Shown here in pieces: positions 62,160-64,000 of a stretch of DNA of 64,000 bases; within the stretch, counting starts at the first letter, position 1, and every line of letters starts with the position of its first letter. The position numbers and the translations under genes are program-made. Below the pieces are notes generated by a model, which was not told the DNA's origin, ran no database searches, and saw only the letters and a list, made by a program, of their open reading frames with translations. Origin of the DNA: Nibricoccus sp. (GTDB taxonomy: Bacteria; Verrucomicrobiota; Verrucomicrobiia; Opitutales; Opitutaceae). The stretch spans positions 256,001 through 320,000 of the forward strand of contig JASGHG010000001.1 in NCBI GenBank assembly GCA_047602425.1, read 5' to 3'.

Positions 62160-63956
62160 ATGCCGGCCCTGCGCGTACTTGTCGTTGACGATAATGACTT
62201 GGTTCTACGGACCCTCGCCGGCCTTTTCCGCCATCGCAACGATCAATGTGTCGCCGCTCCCAGCGCCCCGGAGGCGATCAAAGCGATCGAGACGCAACCG
62301 TTCGACGTTCTGCTCACCGACATGGCCATGCCCGAAATGGATGGCATCGAACTTATCCGCAGAGCTAAAATTATCCAACCCACCCTCGTCTGCATCCTCA
62401 TGTCCGGCGTGGGCACCCGGCGCGACATCATCGCGGCGCTGCAAACCGGCGTGTTCGACTTCATGGACAAGCCCATTCCGGATATCGCTTCGTTCAACAT
62501 GGTGATCGACCGTGCCGCCGAACGCAGCCGCCTGATCCGCGAACGCAATTCCCTCCTCGAAAATCTCAAGCAGCAGAATTCCCGGCTCGAATTCAGCCTG
62601 CAGCGGTTGCACGAGGCCTTCGGACAGTTGCGCCAACAGGAAGAGGAGCTCGAATCCGACCTTTCCCGCGCCCAACAGGTCCAGCGTCGTTTTCTGCCCG
62701 CCGCTTTTCCTTCCGTACCCGGCTGGGACTGCTTCGCCTATTTTGGACCTTGCGATCAGGTCGGTGGGGATTTCTTTGGAACCTTCACGTTGCCCGATGG
62801 ACAACTCGTCACGTACCTGCTCGACGTCGCCGGACATGGCGTTTCCGCCGCCATCGTCACCGTGACGCTGCGAGAACTCCTGCGCGCCCGCATGCGTCAG
62901 GGCGAAAATTCCAATCTTTTCAGCAATCCGGGTGCCGTTCTCGCCTTCATGAACAACGCCGTGATCGAGGAGGAATTCGAACCGCCTGTCCTCGTCACGA
63001 TGATCTACGCCGTATTCGATCCCGCCTCCGGACGCGTTTGCTACGCCGGAGCCGGCCATCCCGCGCCGATCTTGGCGGTGGCTGGTGGTAATGCACGTCT
63101 CGCCCCCGCGCCCGGTCCGGTTCTCGGGGCCAACCCCGGCGCAGCCTACGCCACCACGGAATTCACGCTGGAAAAAGACGACGCCCTGGTTTTGTACTCC
63201 GACGGCCTCACCGAAACCCGCGACGCCTCAGGCCAGGAATTTTCTCAAGGCCGGTTGCTCGAGCTTGTGCAAAATCAGTCTGCTGGCTCAGCCGCCAGCC
63301 TCGGGCAGGTCATTGAAACAGCCCGCGCCAAATTCCTCGAGAGCACCTCGCCGACCGATGACATGACTTTCATCGTCCTGCGCCGCATCGATCCCGCTAC
63401 CACCCAGCCACCCGTGGCCGCCAGCACTTCGATCAAATTTGTAATGCCCGCAAAACTACGCGCCGTCAGCACCGACTCCCGCGGGCGCATCAAGGCAGGT
63501 TGGAGCAACCAACATTGCATCGTTGTTTTCTCCGGCATTGCCACCTGGCAATTGGCCCCGACGTTGCGCGAAGTTATCCGCCAGGCCCGCGAAGGGCGCG
63601 CCGCCTCCGTCAAGATCGACCTCGCGGCGTGTGACAGCATGGACTCCACCATGCTCGGCCTCCTCCTTCAACTTTCGGCCGACATCCAACTCCACCAACC
63701 CGGCACACGCGTTTCCCAACAATTGCAAGAACTCGGCGTCGCTGCGCGTTTCACGATCAGCCACGAAATTTGCCCGCGCCCTGAACACCCCATGGAACTC
63801 GCCCGCGTCCAATCGCGCGAAGCCGCCTCGGAAATCATCCTCTCCGCCCACGAAGCCCTGATGGAAGCCTCCGTCGACAACCGCATGCGCTTCCAAGACG
63901 TCGTCGGCTCGATGCGGAAGGAACAAATTTCCACACCTAAACCGCCGATCAGTTGA
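62160..63956 (+). CDS. response regulator-SpoIIE/PP2C phosphatase-STAS fusion (RsbU-like)
   Basis: VLVVDD/LLTDMAMP receiver; VGGDFF, DVAGHG, LYSDGLTE, DDMT phosphatase; IDLAACDSMDSTMLG STAS. Confidence 0.88.
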   Translation: MPALRVLVVDDNDLVLRTLAGLFRHRNDQCVAAPSAPEAIKAIETQPFDVLLTDMAMPEMDGIELIRRAKIIQPTLVCILMSGVGTRRDIIAALQTGVFDFMDKPIPDIASFNMVIDRAAERSRLIRERNSLLENLKQQNSRLEFSLQRLHEAFGQLRQQEEELESDLSRAQQVQRRFLPAAFPSVPGWDCFAYFGPCDQVGGDFFGTFTLPDGQLVTYLLDVAGHGVSAAIVTVTLRELLRARMRQGENSNLFSNPGAVLAFMNNAVIEEEFEPPVLVTMIYAVFDPASGRVCYAGAGHPAPILAVAGGNARLAPAPGPVLGANPGAAYATTEFTLEKDDALVLYSDGLTETRDASGQEFSQGRLLELVQNQSAGSAASLGQVIETARAKFLESTSPTDDMTFIVLRRIDPATTQPPVAASTSIKFVMPAKLRAVSTDSRGRIKAGWSNQHCIVVFSGIATWQLAPTLREVIRQAREGRAASVKIDLAACDSMDSTMLGLLLQLSADIQLHQPGTRVSQQLQELGVAARFTISHEICPRPEHPMELARVQSREAASEIILSAHEALMEASVDNRMRFQDVVGSMRKEQISTPKPPIS

Positions 63957-64000
63957 AGACTCAACGGATATGCTGAACCAGACTTTACTTTTATTTGCTG

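Overview
GC-rich bacterial chromosome segment; gene style and dispersed palindromic repeats suggest Verrucomicrobiota (Opitutaceae-like), which is an inference. Left: purD 3' end, tig-clpP-clpX, two secreted glycoside hydrolases and a ~20 kb Wzx/Wzy exopolysaccharide cluster (10.7-30.3 kb). Centre (30.3-48.1 kb): an integron with about 22 minus-strand cassettes, about 20 attC sites, a probable attI and a divergent integron integrase truncated before its catalytic domain, next to tRNA-Arg(CCG). Three near-identical IS110-family elements sit at exactly the same nucleotide of three attC sites. Their ~385 bp downstream non-coding region contains two guide-hairpin-guide modules, one matching the attC target and one matching the element's own circle junction, i.e. 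a readable candidate bridge/seek RNA programmed against attC. One copy has an IS3 inserted in the predicted donor guide. Other notable observations: an identical cassette gene carried with two different attC sites at an IS110 junction, and a probably non-coding cassette bounded by complementary GAT/ATC cores instead of GTT/AAC. Right: glyA, two CHASE-type hybrid kinases, MFS transporter, PDZ-aspartyl protease, ABC-2 permeases, GDSL esterase and a REC-PP2C-STAS protein. All calls come from reading the sequence by eye; no searches or folding were run.
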